Positions 39,425 to 51,400 of a stretch of DNA of 64,000 nucleotides are shown here, in pieces (within the stretch, counting starts at the first letter, position 1; each line of letters begins with the position of its first letter). Below the pieces are notes generated by a model, which saw nothing but the letters and a program-made list of their open reading frames with translations, was not told the origin of the DNA and did no database searches. The DNA is from Schmidtea nova (lineage: Eukaryota). A program made the translations under genes and the position numbers. The stretch spans positions 284,642,001-284,706,000 of the forward strand of contig CM097882.1 in NCBI GenBank assembly GCA_044892505.1. Reading direction: 5' to 3'.

Positions 39425-41907
39425 CTATAAAATGAAGTCATCTGAAAATGAAGTACTTCCCGAGGAGTTCAGAAAATCATTAATGAAACCTTCTTCAACT
39501 AGAAAATTCAGTTCATTGTCAAGGTCTATTTCTCCGTTGAGACTGAATTCGAATTTGCAAATCGGCTCTTCATCTGGATCTAATGTGTTCAATTTTTTAA
39601 TTTGTGGATTATTCATGTCCCCGTTGTCCATGGCAGTCACCAAGTCCATTATGAATTCGTCTAATCGATCTGCGGCTCTAATTACTGGATATTTCGCAAA
39701 AATCAATAATTTCAAAATAATCAATAGTTTGAAAATAATCAATAATTTCAAAATAATCAATAATTTCAAAATAATCAATAATTTCAAAATAATCAATAAT
39801 TTAAATATAATCAATAATTTAAATATAATCAATAATTTCAAGATAATAAATAATTTCAAAATAATCAAAAATTTCAAAATAATCAATAATTTCAAGATAA
39901 TATATAATTTCAAAATAATCAATAATTTCAATATACATAACTTAACAAGCATGGCACTAAAACAATTAAAACCGAACGTCAATCCAAATATATATTTTGC
40001 ACAATATATTTCGAGAACTTAATTCTCTTCATCAGGTGCTACCCAATCTTACATTCAACTATGAATCAAATAAATCGATTTTTTCAAACAAAATTATATT
40101 AATTTTTAAAAAAAAATATATATAAATTTTATATATCAGTTAAAAAATTTTAAAACGATTAAAAATATTTTTAATTTAAATAAATTAATCTTAAAATATA
40201 ATATTCTTTTAATTACAAAAAAATATTTTTTTAAGAATATTTTATAAATATTTCCATATTTATAAACAACAGAATGACTGAAAACAAAATCCATAATCCT
40301 CAATTGAAAATGCTTTGAAAAAATCGATTTATTTGATTCATAGTTGAATGTAAGATTGGGTAGCACCTGATGAAGAGAATTAAGTTCTCGAAATATATTG
40401 TGCAAATTATATATATTTGGATTGGCTTTTGTTTTTAATTATTTTAGTGCCATGCTTGTTGAGTTATGTATTAAAGAAAGATAATAATCCGTCAGTTGTT
40501 CCGGTATTCTGTGAAAGTTTGTCTAGGAAAATGTTTGTATTTAATTTTTATAATTCTAAATGTATAGAGTTTTATATTGTCAAATTAATATTTCGATTGA
40601 ATGATGAGGTTTGCATTCGTGCTGATTTCTTCTCTTATTCTATTATTTATGAATTAATTGATGTGATTGTTGGCGATTCTGAGTTTTCTGTATTGTTCTT
40701 TGCTCTGTTCTCGTTTATATTTTCAAACGTCATGGGTGAAATGCCACATACAATGGAAAAGACTACCCGTCTTCTCTGTATTCGAGTTTCAGAGCGGAGT
40801 CAATTAATGGGATTTAGTTTTGTTTTCAGTCATGTCGATGTTTGTAAATATGTGAGTGTGAGAGTTTTGGGTGCGTTTGTTTGCCTCATTTTTTGTGGTT
40901 TAAGTAAATTAACTGATGTGATTGTTGATGATGTTTATTTTCTTCTTTTGATTTGTGTTCTATACTCGTTTAATTTTTCAAACGTCATGGGCGAAATGCC
41001 ACATACTTTTTTCTGTACTCGAGTATTAGAGCATTTTCAATTGAGGATTATGGATTTTGTTTTCAGTCATTCTGTTGTTTATAAACATGGAAATATTTAT
41101 AATATATTCTTAAAAAAAATATTTTTTTGTAATTACAAGAATATTATATTTTAAGATTAATTTATTTAAATTAAAAATATTTTTAATCGTTTTAAAATTT
41201 TTTGACTGATATATAAAATTTATAATATATATTTTATTTTAAAAATTATTACTAATTTGTTCGAAAAAATCGATTTATTTGATTTATTTTTGGATGTAAC
41301 ATTGGTAGCACCCGATGAAGAGAATTAAGTTCTCGAAATATATTGTACAAAATATATATTTGGATTGGCGTTTGTTTTTAATTTCAATATAATCAATAAT
41401 TTCAAGAAAATAAATAATTTCAAAATAATCAATAATTTCAAGATAATCAATAATTTCAAGATAATCAATAATTTCAAGATAATAAATAGTTTCAAAATAA
41501 TCAATAATTTCAATATAATAAATAATTTCAAAATAATCAATAATTTCAAAATAATCAATAATTTCAAAATAATCAAAAATTTCAAAATAATCAAAAATTT
41601 CAAAATAATCAATAATTTCAAAAATAATTAAGTTACAAAAAAATCAATAATTAAAAAAATCAATAATTAAACTAATCTTTAATTACCATGAATTTCGTCG
41701 ATCTTTTTATTAATATTGTCCATTGATAGAGGAAATAGCATTTTTTTGTAATAATTTATCCAATCCAATAATTCTACTATTTCACCTAAATGTAACAATT
41801 GAAAACCATAAACCTCAGCAAAAAACATTTTACCATATTCAATTCCTAAAGCCGAATATTTAATTTTCAAAGATTCATGGTATGCTTTTTTCTTTAATCG
41901 GCAGATT
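39425..41907 (-). CDS. Two exons of an uncharacterised gene (41907-41687 and 39684-39425) with a weak Sec6/EXOC3-like segment
   Basis: Stop-free exons with phase-compatible splice sites (G|GTAATT ... CCAG|TA). KKAYHESL...LHLGEIVELLDWINYYKKML resembles the Sec6 YHxxL...EIVxLLxW motif. The 2.0 kb intron contains the minisatellite and the PLE. Confidence 0.5.
39698..39933 (+). repeat. 18 bp minisatellite (AAAATAATCAATAATTTC)n, left half, ~13 copies
   Basis: Directly visible tandem array; produces the IINNFK and KLLIIL ORFs. Confidence 0.95.
39999..40039 (-). ncRNA. Minimal type I hammerhead ribozyme motif, copy 1
   Basis: GCAC CTGATGA A GAGAA TTAAG TTCTC GAAA TATA TT GTGC: 4 bp stem I, intact core, 5 bp stem II, palindromic ATATAT in place of stem III. 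Confidence 0.7.
40363..40403 (+). ncRNA. Minimal type I hammerhead ribozyme motif, copy 2
   Basis: Identical 41 nt motif to copy 1 on the opposite strand. Confidence 0.7.
41308..41348 (+). ncRNA. Degenerate hammerhead motif, copy 3
   Basis: Core CCGATGA instead of CTGATGA, and stem I partner GTAC instead of GTGC; stem II and GAAA are intact. Confidence 0.5.
41380..41628 (+). repeat. 18 bp minisatellite, right half, ~13 copies
   Basis: Same unit and orientation as 39698-39933. Confidence 0.95.
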
Positions 41908-42024
41908 CTATAAAGTATACAATAACACATTTACAATTTAAAAGAATTATTTTTAAAAAATTTTTAAAAAAGCAAATATTCCTGGTTTGTTTTTTAAATA
42001 AACCAAAAAATAGGTTCAAAATTG

Positions 42025-42650
42025 TGTTGGGCTGGTGAAACGAAAAACAGAAAAAAATAAATTGTTAATAGACACATAATTTAGAATAGTTAAGAAAAAT
42101 AAATTTTGAAAATAAATAGAACTATAAATTTTGTAAACAAACTTGAATTAAAAATAAAACAATACAATTTTTATAAATAATGACATTGAATTTAATTTAC
42201 GTGATTTTAAATTTGCGTGTCACAATTCGCCATGCATCGACGGTTATCATAAGTTCATTGGTGGTGTTTGGCTTTGCTGGTCATTCGCCGAGTGTGTGAA
42301 GATAAGTGAATTGGTGAGTGGCCACGCGATTGGTGATTGATGATTATTTATAATTTTTAGACTTTTACCACTAGGTTGTCTAATGAACAATTAATAATGG
42401 TAGAAATGTTACTAAAATAGTAACATAAAAATGTTTTGGAAAAAACGTGCATGCAATCTCGACAGATTCAACGTGCGAGCTTACACGTAGTGTTCGAGAG
42501 ACTGGTGTTGGGGTCGGTAAAGTGATAGAAAATGAGAGAAAAGCCGAAACATACCTATAGTTTTGCTAACATTGGTATAGGAACCCCGTACTGGTAGTGG
42601 AAACAAAATTGAGTCCAATTAAAATAAAATCACTTAAGAACAAAACCAAA
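42025..42650 (+). mobile_element. LTR-like repeat, family copy C (5' part)
   Basis: TGTTGGGCTGG start; shares AATAGACACATAAT and GACTGGTGTTGGGGTCGGTAA...TTTTGCTAACA blocks with copy B. Confidence 0.6.
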
Positions 42651-43339
42651 TCAAGTCAACCCAAATTTGACTTACAACCGGTTCAGATGTTTCACGATTA
42701 TCAAATGTTTTTCTTCGTAAATGAAATTCCATTCAAGTTATCGTATCCGGTAAAGCTGTCTATTTCGCAATATTCAAACTTAATTGGTCAGCTTTATAAA
42801 GAAAATGTTGTTGCAATCAATAAAGTGTTGAAAATCAACAAGAAATTATCTTGCAATGAAACAATATTTATCAACAACAGGAAAACGGCTTCCATGATGC
42901 ATTTCAATCAGTTGAATTTAAGGATAATGAGAATTGGTTTATCGAAGTATCGATTCAAGGCTATAAATTAGATCCAAAAGAATCAATGTCTCAGATTTGA
43001 AAAATCAACAGTGCTAGTATCGCTTTATGTATTTGTAATAAATGTATTTTAAATAAATTTTGATAATCAGTTTTTGAATTTTTGAAGTTGTCTATGTTTT
43101 TTCGTAATTATTAAAGTTTTTGAAATTTTTCAAGTTTTGTCGAAAATTTTGAATTTTTAAAAATTTGACCTTGTGGTAACCTTAAATGACCTTGACCTGA
43201 AGTTGATCTTGTCCTTATGATGAACTTGGCCTTAAGTAGACCTCGTTGTTTGTCCTTAAAATGACTTTAATAATAAAAAAATAAAATTTGATGTATCATC
43301 GTGTGTATGAAAAAATAAAAATCTAGAAAAAAAAAAATC

Positions 43340-45125
43340 TATGTTCAAGGTAGATTGGTATGGTCATCAAGCTTAGATATTTTCGCTTTCTTGTTAATAA
43401 ACAATCTTTCGTAGGTGACATCAACGTGTTCTCCTTCCTTTTAAACTCTGACTGATCGACATGAAGTAGGCTACTGTGTTTCACCTTACACCCCTCTTTC
43501 CTACAGAATGAAGCCTTTCGACATTCGGACGCCAAATGATTAGGCTTTAAACTATTGAAGCATAACTTCGATTCTTCCACAGCTTTAAGTCGCATTGCGT
43601 ATACAAATAATGATCTTCCTTGCATTTCCAGTTTTTCAACCTTGTGCCCAATGATTCGTTTTTTGACATGTTTGTATTGTTATCATTCCTATTCACTACT
43701 TGCCCAACAGGCGTCCGGTACCTTTGCCTTAGATTTACAAATTCTCTTGACGATCTGGGTTTTTCAATCGTTTTTTCTATTGTCATCCCCAATTTCAAAA
43801 AGAGTTTCCTTAGTTGACCTTAACAGCTCTACTTCATCTTGTAACCAATTTCTTAAATCTTGGATACACTCGGTTCCTGCTTAAAATCTTTTTTTCCATT
43901 TGTATAGCATCGAGCTTGGTAGCTTCTGCAGGTATCTCTTCAATAAATAACTGTTTTTCATTTCATCCTCTCGTTTAATATTAATTATTCTGACTTCCAG
44001 GGTTTCTAATAATCCGACGAATGCTTCTATTTCTAGCATCTCATTTTTCACGAACGGGTCGGAATATGTCTATCAACAAAAGCATGGAAAGCCGCTTTCC
44101 AAATTTCGTATTATTTTTGTTTTTCATCAAATATTTGAATTCGTTTTTGAAATTTTTGAATTTTTTCTATTTGTGCTATTGTCATCCAATCGAACTGACT
44201 GATTGGCCTTTGACGAAATTAAATCCTTCCAACTTTTCATTTTCCTCTTCAATCTCTTTTAAATCCGCGTCTAGTACTAGTAATATCCAGCTTTCCTTAT
44301 CTTTTGCTGATATCCAAGAATCTATCAAAACTTATAATAGTATTTTCCATTGCCTCCTGACATTCATCAAGAATATGTGATGCATTTTTTGCCAGCATCA
44401 TTCATCCATTTATTTCTCATTCTGATTAATCAATATTTAATACTCCTCTTCTTTCTTAATCCTTCCTCTAATTCCTCTTTCTCATTCCCTTCACATAATC
44501 TCAATGTTAGATGAATAGTGAATCCATCATGTACCATATAATCAAGCATTCTATGTCCTTCCTTTAATAGTTTGCCAATGTATGTAAGTCTCTGTTGACT
44601 AGGAGGTATTCCTTCTTTGTCATGATTTTTTTCTTTTAACTTCGCAATTGTGTCATTTATTACTCCTTCAAGAGCGATAGTTTTTCCCGAAAATCTGGAT
44701 TACCTCTCTCGATCGCCCAACCAAATGCGAAGTATACTCATTAACTTTACCACCCATATTCTAAACGAATCGAAAGAAATGCTGGGGCCCATAGCAGCAC
44801 TTCTCTCAAATACCTTGTGGTCAAGTTATTCCACTTTTCACCTCATTTCCATTGGTCAAACTTAAAATTGTAACTTTCATTATTCACTCCTCTCACACAT
44901 TACTCCCTTTCTTAAAACCATTATCATAATTTCTCTTTCAAAACGCTCTTTAGAGGGAAGGGTGATCAATGCCGCACTTAAAACTTTAATTAATTCATAA
45001 AAATTTACAAAATTTACAAATAAAATATCAGAATTGTTAATCAAAATGTAATAAACTAACAGGCTGGATCCTGAATTTCCAAGTTATGCGTAGTCATCCG
45101 CTGGGAAACACGCTCTGCTACCAAT
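43340..45125 (-). mobile_element. BEL/Pao LTR retrotransposon 5' portion (PBS, ubiquitin-like domain, gag), degenerate and truncated
   Basis: ...ATCA T TGGTAGCAGAG (LTR end plus initiator-Met PBS at 45123-45113); YEIWKAAFHAFVD (DUF1759-like); LCFNSLKPNHLASECRKASFCRKEGCKVKHSSLLH (Pao triple zinc-knuckle region). Confidence 0.8.
44487..44700 (-). pseudogene. Ubiquitin-like domain in frame with the start of the Pao Gag
   Basis: IQIF..SGKTIALEGVINDTIAKLKEKNHDKEGIPPSQQRLTYIGKLLKEGHRMLDYMVHDGFTIHLTLRLCEG, roughly half identical to ubiquitin by eye; N-terminal 11 nt deletion. Confidence 0.85.
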
Positions 45126-45152
45126 GATAGATCCAGGCCAGTTGTGACTGAG

Positions 45153-45412
45153 CAAGAGGTTGAGAAACGGAAGAATGTCGCATTTCACAAGGCGAGCGAT
45201 CTGTTGAGTGACTCGTATTCCAGTTTGTCGAGTTTGCCAGAATTTCTTGGAATTGTAAACTGCCTTTAAAAACGGCAACATTTGCTGTAGACCGAGCGAA
45301 TGAGCAGCCACATTAAGTGCACACGAAGTTATCTTTCTCACAGCGTTATTAATTGGTTGCTACATCAGGATGTAGAATCGATATCATGCCATCTAATCCG
45401 GCAGTTTTGCTT
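45153..45412 (-). pseudogene. SF3B1: Intronless SF3B1 HEAT-repeat fragment
   Basis: TAGLDGMISILHPD / AVRKIT...LPFLKAVYNSKKFWQTRQTGIRVTQQIARLVKCDILP matches SF3B1 AAGLATMISTMRPD...[38 protein letters not shown]; one frameshift. Confidence 0.88.
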
Positions 45413-46115
45413 CTGCATGTTTTATTAGATTCATTTCCACAACGAATCGCACAGTTTTGTCCGTATTGTACTCCTTGTAATCAGTAACCAAAGCAAGAGT
45501 TTTATCATTCTCATGTCGATAAATTTCCATTGCGTTTTCTTTGTAAGAGTTAGTCCAAGTTCAAACAGGTAATTCAGTAATTTCCAAAGTAGTACCACCA
45601 AGTTGATTTATTTTACCATTGACTACATATTTAATTTCATACACCTCAACAATCGTTCCGGTAAAATTACCATACCATGGATGCATTTTCACGGGAATTT
45701 CTCCATTAATCAACAGTTTCAATTTATCTATCACGTCTTCTGGGCTAAATTATGAATTTTATTACTCCACCTCGTTCTGATACCGTTACAACCGATGATT
45801 ATTACCATAAAAAACGCTGGTGCATACCATTCATGCTCGATAGGTTGATTATCATCTAACACATGTTTCAATACTGCTTCGTCGTCATGGTGAAATATTA
45901 ATTTCGTTAATTTGTTCAATTGAGTACATATGTAGCGAGGAAAAGCACTGTTTTTGCCCCCAGCTAACCGAGTACCAAAATGGCTGTTTGGCATCAAAAG
46001 ATTGATGTTATTGCTACCGATAAAATATTGAGTCAAGTTAATTATTGTAGATATCATAGATGCTTCCAGTGATGATATACTGATAATTCATTAACGCCGT
46101 TAAAACTCATTATTA
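45410..46115 (-). pseudogene. TOP2: Intronless DNA topoisomerase II fragment (active-site Tyr region)
   Basis: TIINLTQYFIGSNNINLLMPNSHFGTRLAGGKNSAFPRY, DDNQPIEHEWY, LEITELPV*TWT and TDYKEYNTDKTVRFVVEM; contains frameshifts and a CGA>TGA stop. Confidence 0.92.
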
Positions 46116-47377
46116 AAAAGCTAAAATTGTCAATTTAGATGAATATTCTACCAAGACGAATTATTCCAAATTTTCATTCAAAAAATACATCTTACAAAAC
46201 TTACCATTACTCAAACATTTAAAAATTACAAAAACTTATCAAAATTCTCAATCCGAAATAATTCAGTAAAACGCAAGTTCCAAAGAAAAATAAGAAGAAA
46301 TGATACATGAACATAATTTTATCAATTCATAATATTTTTTCTTCAATATAAACAATAATATACATACATAAACATAATATTTTTTTATTCCTATTTTGTA
46401 TACGAGTATAATACGCACCATTACTCAAACATTTAAAAATTACAAAAACTCATCAAAACTCTGAATCCTAAATTGATTCAGTAAAACACAAGTTCCAAAG
46501 AAAAATAATAATCACAATCATAAAATAAAATTAACTTTCCATTCAGTAATCAACACTTTCGTCAGATCCAAAATTTATTAGGTCTTTCATCATCATTAAT
46601 TGCCAAACTTTCTACAACGCTGTTTTCATATTCCAATTCATCTAATTATGTTCAAATTTGTGTTATACTCCAAAGTAAAAAAACATTCTTTGATTAGGTC
46701 TTCAACCTCACCCACCTGCAAAGAAAAGTCGTAGTTCTTTAAAAAATAAAACCAGAGAATTCTTTTAACATTTAAAAGGGGACTTCATATAGAGAGACAC
46801 TCAAAAATATTTTGGAATTGTTGCATAACGAATGCTGCGCACAACAAACTTTCTGTTCATCCATTACGCGACCCACACAACGGACTGCATCGTCGTTTTT
46901 AACATGTATTGTTATAAGAAAACGCGTTTCACACAACTTGCTTTTCGTATAACGAACTTGCTCCTGGAACGAATTAAGTACTTTATGCGAGGGATCACTT
47001 TATTTAACAAGTCCAAGACAGCCAGTTAAGTCTTGCATTTTATATTTTTATTCCGTAACCTGACCCCACCTACACAATCATGCATCATTAAAAAACTAAA
47101 CAGTGATTTTAGTCATTCAACCATACACAGATGAAAAAATGTACAATGACTTGAAACCAAAGTTTATTACCATTTTTATAGTCATGGTCCACCGACAAAA
47201 TATTAATTTTCTCTGAAACCCCAATCCTTCTTTGTTTATATTTTTATTGTACATTACTGCTCTATTTAAATGTCAATTCATTTTGTAAGAATAATGTAAT
47301 ATTTAACAAATAATGTTGTTTATGTATTATGAAAATGGGATAAAATAGAATTTTTGAAACGTGTTCTCACTTACAAG

Positions 47378-47959
47378 TAGGCGTGAATTTATCCTTAGGC
47401 CAACAAGGCTGAAGCCTAGGGCCCTGACTGGCAGGAGCCCCAAATTTTGTATTATTAGTATTATTATCAAAACTTATTACATCTTTTAATTATTTGTAGA
47501 TTATTATATTTATGTAATATAAGTAAAGAAGTATTTAATTATATTACATATTATATTTAATATAATACCTTTCTAATGTATAAATTTCACGAAAACATTT
47601 TCAACATTATCTCGTGTTAAAAATCATATAAGAAGCTGCACTGGACAATATCGACTTAATGCCTTATCATTAATGGCTATAAAATCTGAACTTCTCCACG
47701 AAATGGATTTTGATTTCATTGTTGAAGATTTTGCAGAGAAAAAATTTATAAGAAATAAAATTAATGTTTTTTATTTATGAATTGTACTTCTTGTTTATAT
47801 CTTTTATATATGAATAAATGTAATATTATTTTCGAAATTAAATTATTATTTTAACTATGAAACAGCAGAAAATAAATTAACCTTTTGTTTAAAAAAGGTT
47901 TATAAAAGCGCGCCATAAGATTTTTAGTGTTGGCCCCTAAAAGAGTAAATCCAGCTCTG
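47378..47959 (+). mobile_element. Non-autonomous hAT element (582 bp)
   Basis: Exact 8 bp target-site duplication CTTACAAG on both sides; imperfect TIRs; internal relic FSTLSRVKNHIRSCTGQYRLNALSLMAI (dimerisation domain). Confidence 0.88.
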
Positions 47960-48426
47960 CTTACAAGCTTTCCGGGAAATTGAAATTAACACATTTATCA
48001 TCGAAAACGTGGTGACATCCGATGGCACAAATTCCGATGTAGAAGAATGATCGAAGCAAAGGATGTGAAAAATGTTAAAAAAATGATGTCGTTTTTATTA
48101 GAAGAACCGGCGTATTCAGTATTTAAACAGCTGAAGAAAAGTGAAACGGCGATGAATTTTCATATGCTGAAAATCGAATTACCTAAAACTTTCTGGATGG
48201 ATGAACAAGTACCATTTACGAAACTTTTACGAAAAATGTCATCACCGAGTGATAACATGAATGTCCATGCCAATGAAGTACAGGTGATTTACTACCAAAG
48301 TTCTTTGTAAATAGCCAACTAAATAATCTTCCAAGCCAATTTACGAAGTCAACAGCTTCAACTATAAATCAGTAAGTCACTTAAGCAAAAATGTTTTGCA
48401 AGTCATCATTCATTTAAAAATGAAAT

Positions 48427-51400
48427 TATTAGATGTTGATAGAACATCTTCTAAATCATTTCCTAAATCAGATTGAGAAGTTGAAGTCATAATTCCAAGT
48501 TTTTATTTTATGAAATATTATATAATTTTAAAACAAGTTTTCAGCCTTGAACAAAATATTTTAAAATGTAAATATTTAAAATTATTTATGAAAATTATAT
48601 TTTATTAAAATTTAATTATATATTTTACCGACTTTTAAAAATTAAAATTATAAAAAATTAAATACTCATTTAATTATAATAATTATTTTAAAACTTATTA
48701 AATTTAAATGGTTTATCATGTCAAATAATTTTAATAAATCATTAAAATATTTAGTTCTCAGTTGAAAACACCTCTTCTTTAAGAAATTTCTTCATCTTTT
48801 CAACATTTCTTTGGAGCATTTTCCCACTTTGGTCTTGTAGCAGATATCGGCGATCGTGGATCTTCTGCATTATTCTGTATGGCCCTTCGTATCTTTCCTT
48901 GTCTTTTGTTCTTGATTCTATTTTTACCAGTACATCGTCTCCAATATCGAAGGATCTTTTTGTCTGGGTTGTTTCTCATGTATATCCTTTTTGTGAAATC
49001 GGCGTTTTACTATGAAATTGTTCTCGAGCTATTTTTTTTCCAAATATTACTTCTGCTGGACTTAGCCCAATTGATTTCTGAAACGTTGCATTCAAGATAA
49101 ATTCAATTTCTGGTATGATATCTGCCCAATCCGTTCTACTTTTCCCTTTTAATGATGCATTTATATAATCTCTTATTGTCCTGATTTGACGTTCTATCAA
49201 ACCATTTGTATTATGATGGTACGGACTTGAAAAGAATAGTGTAGTTTCCATTGATTTTGTAAAATCAATCATCATCTTGGATTCAAATACTTTTCCACAA
49301 TCTGTGTGAATTTCCTTTGGTGCTCCAAATATAAGAATCCATTTTTGAAGTATTGTTTCTTTCACCGTTTCCTCATCCTGTTTAGCGACAGCCGTCAGAG
49401 AGATATATCTGCTAAATTTATCAATAATTGCTATTATATATCTTTCTGAATGTTTCCTGTAATGAGCCACATATATCAATGTACACTTTTTCCCATGGTT
49501 CTTCTGCTGTCAGTTTTATTGCCTCTTCCCTCATTTTTGTTGTTACAACTTTCGTTCTTTGACATGCTTCGCATTGTCCAATTGTTTCTTTTACTGATTC
49601 TTTTATGTCTTTCATATCGTAATTGTCTGCTACATATTTTGTCACTTTTTATGCTCCTGTGTGCGATATCAAAATATGTATACTTTTTATCATTTCTTGT
49701 CTTTTGTCTTTTAGTATCTATATCTTACCCTCTATAGTTTTCACCACATTGTCTACCAGTATAAATTTCCAACTAGAACCATGTGCTATTTCCTTTTTTA
49801 TCTGTTCTATTCCTGTATTATTTTTTGACATTTATAATCTTCAGTTTTTTCCATCGTGTTTATTCTTCGAGTTTTCATTCTTTCCACTTTCGCGTCTTCG
49901 TGTGCCAATAAACATTGTGTACATGTTCCACTTGTACTCCTTGACAACATATCTGCATTTGCATGAGCCGTACCTTTCTATACTCTATTTTAATATCCAG
50001 ACTACTGAGGTAGTTAATCCATGTCTGTAATTGCGTTGTTATTGGTTTCTTTGTAGATAACATAAACGTGATAGCTTTATGATCTGTTCTCAAAGTGAAC
50101 CGTTTTCCATATAAATAATGATTGAAGTGTTGACAAAAATAATAAATTGCTAGCAACTCTTTTCTTTTTATGCAATATCCCTTTTCATGATTGTTCATTG
50201 CATGAGAACCGTATGCTATTACCTTTTTATACCCATTATCATATTTCTGTGATAATACAGCACCAATCGTGTCAAAACTAGCATCTGTATCCAGAATGAA
50301 TTCTCTTTCGAAATCTGGAAAACCTAGAATAGATGAGAACATTATAGCATTTTTCATATTTTCGAATGCGATGTTGTATCCATCAGTCCAAATTAATTTT
50401 TTGTTGTTTAACTCGCATAACTCTTCTATAACTCTTGCCTTTTTTGCGTATTCTTTGATAAATATTTTGTAATAATTGCATATTCCTAGGAGGCTTCTCA
50501 GATTCTTATAACATTTTGGTCTTTCAAATGATTTAATCACGTCTTGCTTTGATGGGTCCGTCTGTATACCGTCTTTGTTGATTATATGACCTAAGAATTT
50601 GACTTCTTTCTTAAGGATATGGCACTTTTCAGGGTTTATCCTAAGACCCACCTTTCCAATTTTGTCAAGCACCTAATTAAAGACTTCATAATGATGATTG
50701 ATCGTCTCTGCAAATATCAAAATATGGTCCAGGTATACTGCTGCATATCTCATACCCAATAATACTTTTCCCATCATTTCCTGAAAACTAGCAGGCACCG
50801 CTGATATTCCAAATGGCATTCTGTTAAAACAGTATTGCCGTGACGGTTGAAAACGCCGTTTTTAACTTTGATTCCTCTTCTAGTTCTACTTGATAATATG
50901 CATTTTCCAAGATCTATTGAACTGAAATACTTTTTTCCACCTAATTTATCTAACATCTCTGATACATTTGGCATAGGGAACGCCTGTCTCTCTGTTACTA
51001 GGTTTAATTGACTGAAATCAAGGCATAATCTGATATCTTGCTTTTCTTTCTTCCAGACGCATATTAATGGAGTGTTCCATGGCAAATTACACTTTTTGAT
51101 GATATTGTTTTCCCATAGATTTTTTTTATCGCTTCATCTATTTTACCTTCCCAGTTGACTGTTTGTCTCCAAGGTTTAATATTTATCGGTTTTCCTTGAG
51201 CTTATATTTTGTGCTTCAACAGCTTTGTGCAACCGATGTTTAATTTATCAGCCATAAAAACATTTTGATTCTTTTTTATAATGTCTAGTAGTATCAGGTT
51301 ATCTATATCTATATATGTATTCTTTGGTCTTTTAAATAGATCCATCTTCGTTATTGTCTTCCCAAATTTGGCTTCGATACTGCATGTGTGTCCTTGCTTC

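Larger units (their letters stand above)
39933..41382 (+). mobile_element. Penelope-like retroelement (PLE) relic with GIY-YIG endonuclease fragments and inverted plus direct pLTR copies
   Basis: VYIFKRHG*NATYNGK/TTRLLCIRVSE and TRVLEH...FVFSH match the PLE GIY-YIG pattern VYKFxCxxCxATYIGKTxRxLxxRxxEH. Segment 39933-40088 is inverted at 40314-40471; 39965-40313 is inverted at 41030-41382; each copy carries a hammerhead motif. Confidence 0.75.

Noticed and set aside
40417-41154. 245 aa hydrophobic ORF as a membrane protein gene
   Set aside because: It lies within the PLE relic and contains frameshifted GIY-YIG pieces and an internal duplication.
39425-41631. IINNFK / KLLIIL repeat proteins
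   Set aside because: They are translations of a stop-free 18 bp minisatellite, open on both strands; phase-compatible splice sites place it in an intron.
42597-42971. 124 aa plus-strand ORF and a protein-like antisense frame ending at a GTAAGT donor
   Set aside because: No recognisable motif. The antisense frame has six stops and is in register with the plus ORF, so neither can be supported.
48047-48310. 87 aa ORF with WMDEQVPF, faintly piggyBac-like
   Set aside because: A single short motif with no supporting catalytic residues or termini.
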